Assembly (NCBI GenBank): GCA_918797485.1
Contig: CAKKNE010000006.1
Coordinates: 3,658,001 to 3,722,000 of the forward strand
Length of the DNA: 64,000 nucleotides
Origin: Pelagomonas calceolata
Taxonomy: Eukaryota
Reading direction: 5' to 3'
Shown here piece after piece: positions 63,518-64,000 of the stretch (its first letter is position 1; the number at the start of each line of letters is the position of its first letter). The translations under genes were made by a program, and so were the position numbers. The notes under the pieces are model-generated. The model was given only the letters and a program-made list of their open reading frames with translations, did no database searches and was not told the DNA's origin.

Positions 63518-63904
63518 TTACGACGCCACATCAGACCCAGGAACCGTGTAATTGTGCTTGAACGGCATCGGCTCCGTGCGCGTCGTCTTGTTCCACGCGC
63601 CGAGCTTCAACGGGGCCGCGACGCGATGATTTCGGGGCCGCGACGCCGGCGGCGGCGGCGGCCGAGGCGTCCCGTGGCGGCCGCGAGCGCGCGTCGAGGC
63701 GCGCGTCGGCGGCGGCGGAGGCGCCCGGCGCGGCGGCGGTGGCGGGAGGGCGGCGTCCGATGGCGCCGGCGCCGCCGGCGCCGCCGCGTAGGCGCCCTCG
63801 CGCCGCCGCGGCCGCCGGTCGATGCGCGCGGCCTCTTGCTGGTAGAGGACGTCGACCGCCGCCGCGGCCTCGGCGAGCGAGTCGCGGGCGCGCTCCGCCG
63901 CGAC
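63518..63904 (-). CDS. Last exon of an unknown gene entering from the right edge
   Basis: Open frame VAAERARDSLAE...VPGSDVAS* begins at an introner acceptor. Confidence 0.55.
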   Translation of the reverse strand, partial: VAAERARDSLAEAAAAVDVLYQQEAARIDRRPRRREGAYAAAPAAPAPSDAALPPPPPRRAPPPPPTRASTRARGRHGTPRPPPPPASRPRNHRVAAPLKLGAWNKTTRTEPMPFKHNYTVPGSDVAS

Positions 63905-64000
63905 CTGTGTGGAAATCAAAATTTTACGGCGCGTTCGTGCTGAATCATCGCGTCGTCCTCCACGCCATCGACGCGACGCCTGCTCGATGGCTTGGCGATG
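63905..64000. mobile_element. Introner element, truncated by window end
   Basis: CTGTGTGGAAATCAAAATTTTACGGCGC... closely matches the reverse complement of the right half of 1411-1607 and 9199-9401. Confidence 0.93.

Noticed and set aside
982..64000. Recurring peptides HWLISTQ, CVEIK, RRRVDGV in many track ORFs as a protein motif
   Set aside because: They are translations of introner TIRs and core, not coding sequence.
1..64000. Autonomous transposase, rRNA, tRNA or prokaryotic operon
   Set aside because: No DDE, RT or recombinase motifs or structural RNA signatures seen; genes are spliced and eukaryotic.

Overview
GC-rich, gene-dense eukaryotic DNA, most likely a pelagophyte alga (Pelagomonas/Aureococcus-like). 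This is inferred from the TIR-bearing introner introns, frequent GC-AG splice sites and flagellar genes. About 20 protein-coding loci are supported. Splicing by hand gave 21 complete introns. Fifteen of them, plus one cut by the window edge, derive from one MITE-like introner family (TIR CTGTGTGGAAATCAA, 8-bp TSD) in which the TSD supplies the GT/GC donor and the TIR supplies the AG. The dominant feature is a ~22.5-kb minus-strand gene (13815-36293, ~7,000 aa, 9 introns, all introner-derived). It encodes a CRMP-like multipass surface protein with mucin, ShK, lectin-like and Cys-repeat modules, an embedded kexin-type S8 protease with P-domain, and six RRL motifs, suggesting a self-processing polyprotein receptor. 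Other signals: one introner intron copied five times by intragenic duplication; introner splice signals that appear to drift toward consensus; a recurring dyad motif (CTAGTGTCTTAC-N3-4-CGCTAGC) in 5' intergenic spacers; ~190-bp periodic TA-rich patches in coding DNA; and an orphan SLAC1/TDT fragment. Frameshifts in essential genes and repeats look like long-read consensus errors. No rRNA, tRNA or CRISPR was seen.
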